The position numbers were made by a program, and so were the translations under genes. Positions 1 to 10,136 of a stretch of DNA of 64,000 bases are shown here, in pieces. Below the pieces are notes generated by a model. It did not search any database. It worked only from the letters and a program-made list of their open reading frames with translations, and was not told the DNA's origin. The stretch comes from an uncultured candidate division Zixibacteria bacterium (GTDB lineage Bacteria; Zixibacteria; MSB-5A5; GN15; FEB-12): the NCBI GenBank assembly GCA_963664195.1, contig OY760907.1:384001-448000 (forward strand), read 5' to 3'. The first letter of the stretch is position 1. Every line of letters starts with the position of its first letter.

Positions 1-1341
1 CACACACCGGAATTCTATATCAATATCGGTAAGCGGCTCCTCGACAGCGATGTGCATATCGACTCTATCTGCCTGAAGGATGCATCGGGCACAACAGACC
101 CGAAAACAATCTATGACACCGCGGTTGGCCTGAAGAAAATAATGCCGCCGGAGATGCCTCTCTGGCAACACACCCATGACACAGCCTCAACGGCGGTCTC
201 GTGCTACATGGCCGGCATCGAAGGCGGCGTTGACGGTGTTGACCTGTCGGTGCGTCCGATGGCTTCAGGCACGGTGCAGCCGGACGTGCGATCTCTGGCT
301 CACGCCCTCAAAGGGACGGGGTATACACTGGAAATCGATGCCGGCAAGATGCCGATGATCGAAGACTTGCTAAACGACCTCATGAAGGACTACAGCTTCA
401 ACCCAACCACAACCACTGCCGACGCGCGCGTCCTCGGTTTCCCGATGCCGGGCGGCGCTATCGGCCCGAATGTGCACATGATGGTCAAAGCCGGTATATT
501 GGACAAGTATACCGAAGTGCTTGAGGAGTTCCCGGTCGTAGTTGAAGCCGGTGGCGCCTGGACCTCGGTGACGCCAGGCTCGCAGCAATACTGGCTGCAG
601 GCGTTCAACAACGTGTTGTACGGTCGCTGGGAGAAGATCAACGATGGTTTCGGTAAGGCAGTCCTCGGCTATTTTGGCAAAACTCCGCTTCCACCGGACC
701 CGGCCGTGGTGAAGAAAGCCTCCGAGCAGTTGAACATGCCCGTGTTTGACGGTGATCCGCTTGAGGTCGCCCCGAAGAACATCGGTGCCGCTCAGGAGGC
801 GCTCAAGGAACGCGGATTGGAAGTCAATGACAAGAACACCTTCCTGGTGCTGGCAGCCATGGTGCCGGGCAAGAAGATGGAACTCAACGAGGGCATTCGT
901 CTTCTGACCGGAAAATCGAAAATCGACGTTCCTCTCAAAAAGAAAGAAGAGCCTGCGCCCGCCGCGGCCGGCGCCCCCACGCTTACCGGACCGATAACGT
1001 CAAGATGCATCGTTGAGGAACACGGAGTAACCCGCACGTTTAACGTGACGGTCGAACCGCCCAACGGGTCAGCCGGTCCGGCCGCGGCCGCGGTGGCAGC
1101 ACCTGTGGCGACGACCAACGGTGGCACGCAGGTCTTTTCCTCGTTTGCCGGGCTTGTCGAAATCGTCGACATTCTCGTCAAACAGGGAGATGCGGTAAAC
1201 AAAGGGCAGGTCATCGCCGCGGTCGAGGCGATGAAAGCCAAGCATGATATCAAGGCCCCGTGCGACGGGACGGTATCTGCGGTAACTGCCGAAATCGGCG
1301 ATGAGATTAATGCCAAGAAACCGATACTAACCATTTCCTGA
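1..1341 (+). CDS. oadA: Na+-translocating oxaloacetate decarboxylase alpha subunit (carboxyltransferase + biotin carrier), 5' truncated by window edge
   Basis: ICLKD, HTHDT, MPGG and VTPGSQ carboxyltransferase motifs; Ala/Pro linker; C-terminal biotinyl domain with EAMK; directly followed by oadB. Confidence 0.88.
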   Translation, partial: HTPEFYINIGKRLLDSDVHIDSICLKDASGTTDPKTIYDTAVGLKKIMPPEMPLWQHTHDTASTAVSCYMAGIEGGVDGVDLSVRPMASGTVQPDVRSLAHALKGTGYTLEIDAGKMPMIEDLLNDLMKDYSFNPTTTTADARVLGFPMPGGAIGPNVHMMVKAGILDKYTEVLEEFPVVVEAGGAWTSVTPGSQQYWLQAFNNVLYGRWEKINDGFGKAVLGYFGKTPLPPDPAVVKKASEQLNMPVFDGDPLEVAPKNIGAAQEALKERGLEVNDKNTFLVLAAMVPGKKMELNEGIRLLTGKSKIDVPLKKKEEPAPAAAGAPTLTGPITSRCIVEEHGVTRTFNVTVEPPNGSAGPAAAAVAAPVATTNGGTQVFSSFAGLVEIVDILVKQGDAVNKGQVIAAVEAMKAKHDIKAPCDGTVSAVTAEIGDEINAKKPILTIS

Positions 1342-1354
1342 AGGGGCAAAGTCT

Positions 1355-2482
1355 ATGGATTCAGTCATTGAACTGTATCAACAATCGGGCTTTGCCAACC
1401 TGAGTTGGGGCAATTGGGTGATGTTCGTGGTGGCCGGCGTGCTCATCTTCCTGGCCATCGTCAAGAGATACGAACCGTTGTTGCTGATCCCTATCGGCTT
1501 CGGCGCCATAATGGCAAACCTGCCGCTTGCAGAGATGAGTTCCTACGCCAACGGCATCATGGCTCTCATATACGACGCCGGCATCAAGACCGAATTGCTC
1601 CCGCCTGTCATTTTCATGGGCGTGGGCGTGCTTACTGACTTCCGGCCCCTGCTGGGCAGACCGCTGACTTTCCTTCTCGGAGCGGCGGCACAGCTCGGCA
1701 TTTTCGTCGCCGCGCTGGGAGCCGCGTACTTCATGGGCTTCACATTCAAGGAAGCTGCTTCGATTGGTATCATTGGAGGTGCTGACGGACCGACCTCGAT
1801 TTTCCTGGCCTCCCAGTTGGCCCCCCACCTGTTGGGGCCTATCGCCGTAGCTGCGTACAGTTACATGTCGCTCGTGCCCATCATACAACCGCCGATCATG
1901 CGTCTCTTGACCACGCACAAAGAACGAGCGATTGACATGCCGCAGGCAAAACCGGTATCGAGAACTGCCATAATCCTCTTCCCTATTGTAACCGGAATCC
2001 TGGCCTCGCTCGCGATTCCGTCGGCAGCCCCCCTGCTCGGCATGCTCATGTTCGGCAATCTGCTCAAGGTGTGCGGAGTGACCCCGCGGCTCAAAAAGAC
2101 GGCCGGCGGCTCGTTGATCGACATTGTGACATTGTTTCTCGGACTGGCCGTTGGCGCGACAATGGACGCGGCGCATTTCCTGACGTGGGAGACTATCAAG
2201 ATTCTTATATTGGGTGCAGTGGCGTTCAGTTTCAGTACCGCCGGAGGGATTCTCTTCGCCAAGTTGCTCAACCTGTTCCTGAGCAAAAAACACAAGATCA
2301 ACCCGTGTATCGGAGCAGCCGGTGTGTCGGCAGTACCGATGGCGGCGCGAGTGGTGCAGAAGTTCGTTTCGAATGAGACCGATGGCGAAGTCAATCCGCT
2401 CATGCCTGCGATGGGACCGAACGTAGCCGGTGTAATCGGCTCAGCGATTGCGGCGGGTGTGTTCCTGATGTTGCTCCACTAG
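1355..2482 (+). CDS. oadB: Na+-translocating decarboxylase beta subunit
   Basis: YEPLLLIPIGFG, IGIIGGADGPTSIF, GVSAVPMAARV, AMGPNVAGVIGS motifs; highly hydrophobic. Confidence 0.95.
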   Translation: MDSVIELYQQSGFANLSWGNWVMFVVAGVLIFLAIVKRYEPLLLIPIGFGAIMANLPLAEMSSYANGIMALIYDAGIKTELLPPVIFMGVGVLTDFRPLLGRPLTFLLGAAAQLGIFVAALGAAYFMGFTFKEAASIGIIGGADGPTSIFLASQLAPHLLGPIAVAAYSYMSLVPIIQPPIMRLLTTHKERAIDMPQAKPVSRTAIILFPIVTGILASLAIPSAAPLLGMLMFGNLLKVCGVTPRLKKTAGGSLIDIVTLFLGLAVGATMDAAHFLTWETIKILILGAVAFSFSTAGGILFAKLLNLFLSKKHKINPCIGAAGVSAVPMAARVVQKFVSNETDGEVNPLMPAMGPNVAGVIGSAIAAGVFLMLLH

Positions 2483-2501
2483 CGAAGTCATTGCTAAACA
2501 C

Positions 2502-2531
2502 GAAAAGGCCCGCTGTTTAGCGGGCCTTTTC
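2502..2531. terminator. Bidirectional intrinsic terminator between oadB and maeB
   Basis: GAAAAGGCCCGCT-GTTT-AGCGGGCCTTTTC perfect hairpin with A/T tails between convergent genes. Confidence 0.85.
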
Positions 2532-2557
2532 TCTTGTCGTTTTACTCCCGAACCGGG

Positions 2558-4819
2558 CTATTTCTTCTTCGCCTGCACTACCTGAGCGTCGACAACCGCG
2601 ATCGTGGCCATATCCACGATCTGGTTGACATCAAGTGTTCTGTGCAGAACATGTACCGGCTTGGAGAGGCCCATCAGAATCGGTCCGATGGCCTGCCAGC
2701 CGCCCATGCGAAGGGCCATCTTGTAACAGATATTCCCCGCGTTGAGATCCGGGAAAATGAACACGTTGGCGGCCTCTTTGAGTTTAGAGAACGGATAGTG
2801 TTTCTCCGTATACTCAGGCATCAAGGCCGTATCGGCCTGCATCTCACCCTCGACAACCAGATCTGGACACTGCTGCTTAACAAGTTCTGTGGCACGGGCC
2901 ACTTTCTTCGATTCGGGCAACGGAGCGGAACCGAAGTTAGAGAATGACAGCATTGCGATCTTTGGCGCGATATTGAAACCCTTCGCAACTTGTGAGGCGC
3001 CTATGGCGATCTCGGCCAGCTCTTCGGAACTGGGGTTAATATTCACCGTCGTGTCGGCAAACATGAACACCCTATCCTTCTTGATCATGACAAACAGACC
3101 GGAGACGCGAGTAAAACCGTCCTGAAGCTCTATCATCTCCAGAGCCGGACGGATCGTAGACGGATAGTCTGCTGTCACACCGGAGAGCACTGCGTCACAA
3201 TCACCCTGTTCCAGCATCATAATACCGAAATGAGTCCGGTCACGCATATTCCACAGAGCCTTAGCCTTGGTCATGCCTTTGCGCTGGCGCTTTTTGTAGA
3301 AAACGTCAGCATATTGGTTGCGCTTTTTCGACTCCAGTGGATTCAGAATCTCAATACCTTCAAGGTCGATTTCGTGCTCGGCGGCTACTTCCTGAATCTG
3401 TTCAGGAACACCAAGCACGACCGGGTTGGCTATCCCCTGCTCCTTGACAATATGGGCAGCCCTGAGAATACGGCTCGAGTTACCTTCCGGGAAAACGATT
3501 CTCTTCGGATCGCGCTTGGCCTTCTCAGCCATGCCGCGAATAATCTGCCGGCCATGACCGACACGAGTTTCGAGTTCCCTCTTGTATTCCTCGATATCAA
3601 CCGGGCTTTGAGCCACACCGGTGTCCATCGCCGCCTGGGCAACCGCCGCCGACTCCCAGACGAGAATGCGCGGATCAAAAGGCTTTGGAATGATGTACTC
3701 ACGACCGAACTTGAAATGATCGACATGGTAGGCCTTGGCAACTTCTTCCGGCACGTCCTGTTTGGCCAAGCTGGCCAGCGCCTTCACGGCTGCGATTTTC
3801 ATCTCTTCGTTGATAGCGGTGGCGTGGACATCGAGAGCACCACGGAAAATGAACGGGAAACCGAGCACGTTGTTGACCTGATTCGGGAAATCCGATCGAC
3901 CGGTAGCCATGATGACATCCTTGCGGACAGACATGGCGTCCTCGTACGTAATTTCCGGATCAGGATTGGCCATCGCAAAGATGATCGGATCCTTGGCCAT
4001 TGATTTGACCATGCTTTTCGTCACCGTGTCGGCAACGGACACACCAACGAATACGTCGGCGTCAACCATGGCCTCGTCCAGCGTGTGACGATCGGTCTTG
4101 CGAACAAACTCGGCTTTGTATTTGTTATAATCATCCCCGCGGCCTTCGTACATCACGCCCTTGGAGTCAACCATCAGCAAATTCTCATGGCTCACACCGA
4201 GCGAACAATACAACTTGGCACAGGCGATACCGGCAGCACCGGCTCCAGAAAAGACCACGCGCACTTTGTCGATATCTTTGCCGACAATCTCCAGGGCATT
4301 CAACAGGGCAGCGCCGGAAATGATGGCCGTACCGTGCTGGTCGTCGTGGAAGACCGGAATATTCATGGTCTTCTTAAGCGTCTCTTCAATATAGAAGCAC
4401 TCGGGACCTTTGATATCTTCGAGATTGATACCGCCAAAAGTCGGTTCGAGCAACTGACAGGCCTTGATGATTTCATCCGGGTCCTGCGTGTCGAGTTCGA
4501 TATCGAAAACGTCGACATCGGCAAATCTTTTGAACAGCACACCCTTGCCTTCCATCACCGGCTTGCCGGCAGCAGCCCCGATATTGCCGAGTCCCAGAAC
4601 AGCGGTGCCGTTGGAGACTACTGCAACGAGATTACCCTTGGCAGTGTATTTGTAGACGTCGGCCGGATTGGCCGCGATTTCCAGACAGGGTATCGCGACA
4701 CCCGGTGTATAGGCCAGTGAAAGGTCTAATTGTGTGGTGCAGGGTTTCGTGGGATTAACTTCAACTTTGCCCGGCTTACCTTGAGAATGGTAGTCAAGGG
4801 CTTGTTGTTTCGTGATCAT
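2558..4819 (-). CDS. maeB: NADP-dependent malic enzyme with C-terminal phosphotransacetylase-like domain
   Basis: [52 protein letters not shown]-terminal RIVFPEG...GEMQAD PTA-like domain; 753 aa. Confidence 0.95.
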   Translation of the reverse strand: MITKQQALDYHSQGKPGKVEVNPTKPCTTQLDLSLAYTPGVAIPCLEIAANPADVYKYTAKGNLVAVVSNGTAVLGLGNIGAAAGKPVMEGKGVLFKRFADVDVFDIELDTQDPDEIIKACQLLEPTFGGINLEDIKGPECFYIEETLKKTMNIPVFHDDQHGTAIISGAALLNALEIVGKDIDKVRVVFSGAGAAGIACAKLYCSLGVSHENLLMVDSKGVMYEGRGDDYNKYKAEFVRKTDRHTLDEAMVDADVFVGVSVADTVTKSMVKSMAKDPIIFAMANPDPEITYEDAMSVRKDVIMATGRSDFPNQVNNVLGFPFIFRGALDVHATAINEEMKIAAVKALASLAKQDVPEEVAKAYHVDHFKFGREYIIPKPFDPRILVWESAAVAQAAMDTGVAQSPVDIEEYKRELETRVGHGRQIIRGMAEKAKRDPKRIVFPEGNSSRILRAAHIVKEQGIANPVVLGVPEQIQEVAAEHEIDLEGIEILNPLESKKRNQYADVFYKKRQRKGMTKAKALWNMRDRTHFGIMMLEQGDCDAVLSGVTADYPSTIRPALEMIELQDGFTRVSGLFVMIKKDRVFMFADTTVNINPSSEELAEIAIGASQVAKGFNIAPKIAMLSFSNFGSAPLPESKKVARATELVKQQCPDLVVEGEMQADTALMPEYTEKHYPFSKLKEAANVFIFPDLNAGNICYKMALRMGGWQAIGPILMGLSKPVHVLHRTLDVNQIVDMATIAVVDAQVVQAKKK

Positions 4820-5128
4820 AACTCCAAAGCTCCTGGTTTTGAGCCAATTTCGGTTCGTTTCAACTAAACGAGGCGGAATATAGGCCTTAATCCATGTATT
4901 GCAAGGGGTTTTCGGGTATGTATGAAGATTATTCCAGCCACGTCAGAGATTGCGCAATCGAAGCCTTTGTTGTATCCTTTGTGCGTGAGCTAAGTTAATG
5001 GTAATCACGTGGTTTGAACGGGCGATATCGACGCAGACATCGGGCGAATTACGCACTCAGATTCTGGTGGCCGATTCTTGTGCCGCACCGGCTGCGGTGC
5101 GAACCGGACCAGCCTTCACGAGGATAAC

Positions 5129-5659
5129 ATGACAGACAACAAGCGTTACATCCAAATCTACACCGGCAACGGTAAAGGCAAAACGACCGCGGCCATCGGG
5201 CAGGCGATTCGTGCCGCCGGAAGCGGCCTCAAAACGCTCATCGTCATGTTCATGAAAAACCATCCGTACGGGGAGATCCGAGCGTTGAAAGCGTTCGAGG
5301 AGTTCATCACGGTCGAGCAGTACGGCGACGATGCCTTTGTCTTCAAGAAACAGCCGCCGTCGGACGACGACATCTCCACAGCACACAAAGCGTTGAATCG
5401 GGCACGCGAAGCGATGCTCTCCGGTGAGTACGACATCGTCATCCTCGACGAAGTCTGCGTCTGCACGTATTTCAAGCTATTGACCGCCGAAGACGTCTTG
5501 CCTTTGCTCGATGAAAAGCCGAACAACGTTGAGTTGATCTTGACGGGTCGATACTGTCCCGATGAATGGATCGCCCGCGCCGATCTTGTGAGTGAGATGC
5601 AGGAGGTGAAGCACTATTACCAGCAGGGCGTCCTGTCAAGGAAGGGGTTTGAGAGCTAA
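5129..5659 (+). CDS. cobO: Cob(I)yrinic acid a,c-diamide adenosyltransferase (CobO/BtuR family)
   Basis: IQIYTGNGKGKTTAAIG, ILDE, ELILTGR, ADLVSEM...KH motifs; ATG at 5129 preceded by GAGGA. Confidence 0.92.
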   Translation: MTDNKRYIQIYTGNGKGKTTAAIGQAIRAAGSGLKTLIVMFMKNHPYGEIRALKAFEEFITVEQYGDDAFVFKKQPPSDDDISTAHKALNRAREAMLSGEYDIVILDEVCVCTYFKLLTAEDVLPLLDEKPNNVELILTGRYCPDEWIARADLVSEMQEVKHYYQQGVLSRKGFES

Positions 5660-5684
5660 CAGGGGAACACGCGATGTTCAAACC

Positions 5685-5714
5685 GTAGGTCGAAACTCCT
5701 GCAGTTTCGACAAT
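5685..5714 (+). repeat. GTAG-REP, type B
   Basis: GTAG + GTCGAAAC-tcctgca-GTTTCGAC hairpin; homologues at 6909, 15276, 23916, 40694. Confidence 0.8.
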
Positions 5715-5731
5715 AGCCGACCTTCTTTTTT

Positions 5732-5779
5732 TGTAGCGCAGGTCTGTGTAGCGCAGGTCTGTCTTCAGACCTGCGAGGA
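5732..5779 (+). repeat. GTAG-REP, type A, preceded by a 15-bp duplication of its 5' end
   Basis: TGTAGCGCAGGTCTG twice, the second continuing TCTTCAGACCTGCGAGGA; 5747-5779 is the exact reverse complement of 6872-6904. Confidence 0.85.
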
Positions 5780-5841
5780 AACTGGCGAAGGCAGTGAGAG
5801 GCCGTTTCACCGACACTTCTTTTCTGAACGAAAGGGAAAAC

Positions 5842-6843
5842 ATGATCGATTCTGACTACGATGAGATTTCGGACACATCGATGGAGCGTTCACATGTCGT
5901 CATTCTCGGCGCAGGAGCCAGCAAAGCGACCTGTCCTGGCGGAGACTTAAATGGACGAGCCATCCCACTCATGAACAACCTCATATCAGTTTGTGGCTTG
6001 GGAGCAATTCTGGGTGAGGCTGGCCATGAAGTTCCATCAGAGGATTTTGAGCAACTCTACGGTGCATTACACAACAACGAGGGCCGGAGACTGCTGTCCT
6101 CACTAGAAGACAAAGTGTTTGCCTATTTCGATTCCCTCTGCCTCCCAGTTGAACCGACAATCTACGACTACCTCGTCATGTCGCTTCGCCCCAAAGACCT
6201 CATAGCAACTTTCAACTGGGACCCTTTCCTGTGGCAAGCTATGGAACGCAATCACCGCTGGGCGAAGAAAGCGCCGCAAGCGGTCTTCCTTCACGGCAAT
6301 GTATCAATCGGTCATTGCCTCGATGATCGTATCACCGGGCCACGTGGCGCAAGCTGTCCACAGTGCGGAGAAGTATATCAAGACTCAAAGCTCCTCTTCC
6401 CTGTTGTCAGGAAGAACTACTCTAGCGATCCGTACATACAAACCGCTTGGACCACGCTGCGAAACCGATTGGAGAACGCATACTTGCTCACAGTCTTCGG
6501 CTACAGTGCTCCTGTTTCCGACCAGGATGCAATCCAACTGCTGAAAAGCGCATGGGGAAACGCGAGTGACAGAAATCTGGAACAGGTTGAGATAATAAAT
6601 GTCGACTGCCCGGAGATGCTCCGTGAGACATGGAGACCATTCATCCACAGCCACCACTACGAGATTCATAAGAGTTTCAACGAATCTATTCTGGCCCAAC
6701 ATCCGAGACGAAGTTGCGAAGCGATGTGGGCTATGCTCATGGAGAATCAGATTCCCAACAGCGATTGCATTCCCAGTACTGACGACTGGAATGAACTCCG
6801 GATATGGTTTGAACCTCGTCTAGAAGTCGAAGAGTTGTCTTAG
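5842..6843 (+). CDS. SIR2-like domain protein (putative NAD-consuming enzyme)
   Basis: VVILGAGAS, ATFNWD, LHGN and VFGYS..SD in SIR2-like order; CxxC insertion; start at 5842 or 5881. Confidence 0.7.
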   Translation: MIDSDYDEISDTSMERSHVVILGAGASKATCPGGDLNGRAIPLMNNLISVCGLGAILGEAGHEVPSEDFEQLYGALHNNEGRRLLSSLEDKVFAYFDSLCLPVEPTIYDYLVMSLRPKDLIATFNWDPFLWQAMERNHRWAKKAPQAVFLHGNVSIGHCLDDRITGPRGASCPQCGEVYQDSKLLFPVVRKNYSSDPYIQTAWTTLRNRLENAYLLTVFGYSAPVSDQDAIQLLKSAWGNASDRNLEQVEIINVDCPEMLRETWRPFIHSHHYEIHKSFNESILAQHPRRSCEAMWAMLMENQIPNSDCIPSTDDWNELRIWFEPRLEVEELS

Positions 6844-6871
6844 GCCGAAAATTCCATCGAATATGTCAATG

Positions 6872-6954
6872 TCCTCGCAGGTCTGAAGACAGACCTGCGC
6901 TACAGACAATTGTCAAAACCGCAGGGCAACGCGGTTGCGCTGGTTTTGACCTAC
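6872..6954 (-). repeat. Composite REP module (type A 6872-6904 + type B 6909-6954)
   Basis: TCCTCGCAGGTCTGAAGACAGACCTGCGCTAC, then TGTCAAAACC...GGTTTTGACCTAC; both end in CTAC (GTAG on minus strand). Confidence 0.85.
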
Positions 6955-6968
6955 AAGAACAGGTTGGC

Positions 6969-7682
6969 TCACCAGTGCATCCTGTAAACCCGCTGACCCC
7001 CGTCGGGGGTTTGGCCCTTGCCGCAGAATTTGAGCAGTACTTTCAGCAGCACCCAGCCAAAAAGAAATCCCCCCACGTGCGCCAGATACGCCACTCCCCC
7101 GCCGGTCGAGGAATCCATCAGCGACATGACAACCTGCAGCACAAACCAAAAACCAAGAACGACTTTGGCCGGAAATCGTCGAAACATGATGAAAAAGAAT
7201 AGTATCAGCACCGTGATTTGCGCTCTCGGGTGCAAAACAATATACGCCCCCATCACACCCGCGATCGCCCCCGAAGCACCCACCAGCGGCACTGCTGAGC
7301 CGGGGTTGAACAACGTATATACGGCGACCGCCGCAAGGCCCGACACAACATAGAAAATCAAGAACTTCACCGGGCCGAAATAGTCCTCGATATTATTGCC
7401 GAATATCCACAGAAAAAGCATGTTGCCGATCAAATGCATCCAGCCGCCGTGCATGAACATCGAAAACAAAGGAGTCGCATACAGCCATGAGGGTACATAG
7501 TAGGTCGCGCCACCGTCGAAAAACAACTTTGGGATAAACCCAAACTGCACGATGAAGTGTTGGAAGCCCTGATACCCAAGCGTCTGCGAATACAAAAAGA
7601 CCGCTGTGTTCACGAATATCAGGCCGAGCGTGAAGTGCGGCGTCCTGATAGTCGGCTGGTCGTCTTTGATCGGAATAAACAA
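6969..7682 (-). CDS. Rhomboid family intramembrane serine protease
   Basis: MFMHGGWMHLIGNM, GASGAI catalytic Ser motif, AHVGGF His motif. Confidence 0.93.
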   Translation of the reverse strand: MFIPIKDDQPTIRTPHFTLGLIFVNTAVFLYSQTLGYQGFQHFIVQFGFIPKLFFDGGATYYVPSWLYATPLFSMFMHGGWMHLIGNMLFLWIFGNNIEDYFGPVKFLIFYVVSGLAAVAVYTLFNPGSAVPLVGASGAIAGVMGAYIVLHPRAQITVLILFFFIMFRRFPAKVVLGFWFVLQVVMSLMDSSTGGGVAYLAHVGGFLFGWVLLKVLLKFCGKGQTPDGGQRVYRMHW

Positions 7683-7694
7683 GTCTGCGTTCCT

Positions 7695-9911
7695 CTAGTT
7701 GCCGCCTGATTTCTTGCTTCTCTTTCCAGTAACGGTGAACCGGCGTTCAAGTTCGGTTTTATTGCCGGCCCGGTCGGTAACTTTCACCGTCAGCACGCAC
7801 GGTCCCGGTTCCAACGGCTCGTACAGCCGTGCCACACACTGGTGATTCTCGAAATCCCATTCAGGGATGAGCCAGATATCGTTGATATGGACATCGATAC
7901 TCTGGTCATCCGCAATCCCCGACAACGTGTCCTCAAGCAGGAACCGAACATTCGGTTTCAGATTGGTTACCGTCATACCTTCGCGGATATTCAATTTGGA
8001 AACGCGTGGCCGGTCATCATCGACCACAGCGGCAAACAACCCTCCGCCCTGCGACTCAGCTCGTGCGGTGTATGAGTCCAAACTGTCCTGATTGATCCAG
8101 ACCCAGTTCTTCTCTTTTTCGTCCCACCAGCACAGACCGGCCTTCTCTGTGGCGGAGTCAAGAGTCAGGCTTATCTCGAAGTTGTCACGCGTGACGAATG
8201 CCTCCGGGAGAATGCGATACACGGAACTGATCGGCATAGGATTGGTCCTGCCCGGCAGTTCTACTTTCTCTGCCGAGATGAACCGCGGTTCGTGGAAACC
8301 GGCGCGTCCGGTTCTGATCGTAAGACGGTCATCCACAACAAGCGACTCCGCCTTGTTGTAGCCGACGGCAGCCAGAAGAAAACCGTCGGATATGTAGGTC
8401 AATCCGGAGGAAGGCGCCACAAACGCATGAACACGGTCGTCGAAGACTTCGGCTCTTGCGATCGGCGTCTCAATTCCGAAAGTTTCCGAAAGAAGGCTCA
8501 CGAAAGTTGCCGGAGACTCGGTAGAAACAATCACTCCGCCCGGGCTGATGTCGAAGTCAACCTCAGAGGACGCCTTTCTCAACTCCCCCGACGGCCAGGT
8601 ACCGTTGGCAACCCGCACGCCGTCAATCGCAGCAACAAGGCGCCAGGAGCGACTATCTTCGCGGCGCACTTTCAGCCAACCGTCTTCAAGATGGGCCACA
8701 TTGCCCCTGATCCATTCAGTGCCATCGTACGACTCAACCCATACGGAATCAAGGCCCGCTGTTTCTACGCCCTCGGCAGGGCGAAAGAAGGCGTCAAAGG
8801 CGAGAGAGGATTCCTGAACAGGCAGAAGCGTGTCGAGTACGTATGCTCCCCCCGGCGGTGACCAGAAAAACTGAAAACGAAGTTGCGAGGTGTTGCCGTA
8901 GATATCCTCAGCGACAATCAAACCCCGGTGCCGTCCGAACTTCAGGTACGCGTCCTCACCGACGAGACCATCGTGATCGTTTAACGCCTTGCTGCCGGGA
9001 TAGGCGTTGCCTGCGCGATGATACAACCGTCGAACACGTTTATTTCCATCAGCAGCACAGACTTGATCAAACTCAAGCTGGGCGGATCGACCGTAGCTGA
9101 AATCAAGACGGTCAAACACGGATTCGTAGTACGGTTTCTCGTCGATGGAGAGGGTCAGCCGGTAAATCGACTGTCGCATCCCGCCAGCTTTCATCTGATC
9201 AAAACAGTGCGTGAGAATCCCAAACGGCGAGTCCATACAGATAACGGAATCAACCGTATACTGCCCGGGACGCTTGAGTTTGTGTGCCGGGAGACTAACC
9301 GTACGAGTGCCGTCGTCAGTCAGCGAATGATCATCGGTAAGCTGCAACACGAGGGTCTCGAAGGTCGGGTGCACTTTGTCCGACAAGGTGAAACCGTTCG
9401 CCAAAGGGTTCAGCGGTTTGTTGTCGGCACTGCGAACCTCGAAATGCAAATGCGGCGCACCTGAACCGGTCTGTCCGGACAACCCGATTTGCTCACCTGC
9501 TTTCACAGGAATAGCATTTTGGGGAAACGATAGATCGACATAGTACCGCCGGGCATCGTGTTGTGCTTCGCGGACCTCTCGCTGGATTCTTCCAGCGAGG
9601 GCAGACAGATGACCGAAAACGAAAATGCGACCGTCGTAACCCTTGACATACACCCCTTTGCCGTAGCCATCGTACGACATTCTAACCCGCCAGATGTAGC
9701 CGTTGACCGGCGAAAAGACCGGAGCTCCGACCTTTCCGCCCGTTCGAAGGTCAACTCCGGCGTGAAAACGGTTGCCCCGGTAGTCGCCGAACCCGGAAGA
9801 CAGGTCGATCCGTCGTTTCAGCGGCCACTCCTCAGCATTCGCATAACTTATTGTGAATAAAAGAGCTAGGACTACTAACACGCCGACGGTTTTGGTCGAT
9901 ATCTTCATCAT
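7695..9911 (-). CDS. Secreted M23 family metallopeptidase with large C-terminal extension
   Basis: Signal peptide after MMKISTK; FHAGVD (HxxxD) and PHLHFE (HxH) motifs; start trimmed from ORF track. Confidence 0.85.
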   Translation of the reverse strand: MMKISTKTVGVLVVLALLFTISYANAEEWPLKRRIDLSSGFGDYRGNRFHAGVDLRTGGKVGAPVFSPVNGYIWRVRMSYDGYGKGVYVKGYDGRIFVFGHLSALAGRIQREVREAQHDARRYYVDLSFPQNAIPVKAGEQIGLSGQTGSGAPHLHFEVRSADNKPLNPLANGFTLSDKVHPTFETLVLQLTDDHSLTDDGTRTVSLPAHKLKRPGQYTVDSVICMDSPFGILTHCFDQMKAGGMRQSIYRLTLSIDEKPYYESVFDRLDFSYGRSAQLEFDQVCAADGNKRVRRLYHRAGNAYPGSKALNDHDGLVGEDAYLKFGRHRGLIVAEDIYGNTSQLRFQFFWSPPGGAYVLDTLLPVQESSLAFDAFFRPAEGVETAGLDSVWVESYDGTEWIRGNVAHLEDGWLKVRREDSRSWRLVAAIDGVRVANGTWPSGELRKASSEVDFDISPGGVIVSTESPATFVSLLSETFGIETPIARAEVFDDRVHAFVAPSSGLTYISDGFLLAAVGYNKAESLVVDDRLTIRTGRAGFHEPRFISAEKVELPGRTNPMPISSVYRILPEAFVTRDNFEISLTLDSATEKAGLCWWDEKEKNWVWINQDSLDSYTARAESQGGGLFAAVVDDDRPRVSKLNIREGMTVTNLKPNVRFLLEDTLSGIADDQSIDVHINDIWLIPEWDFENHQCVARLYEPLEPGPCVLTVKVTDRAGNKTELERRFTVTGKRSKKSGGN

Positions 9912-10136
9912 ATTATTGACATAACCCGATTTCATACTCGTTTTACAGAAGTTATCGTCAATTGTGCCTGTAAAACAGGTTTTTTTGACAATTGGCTCTG
10001 CACGGCTTTGCAAACCCGAGGCTTTTCATTATATTGGCAAGCTCGCCTGCAGACGATTTGGAAACGGGTTGAATGGCATTAGGTTGGACAGGCGAACACA
10101 ACACTGACAAAACGTCGCTAAGAGGAGTCTTGAGGA

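Noticed and set aside
4820..5128. Cobalamin riboswitch upstream of cobO
   Set aside because: No B12-box or conserved GGGAA/GCCACTG elements recognised
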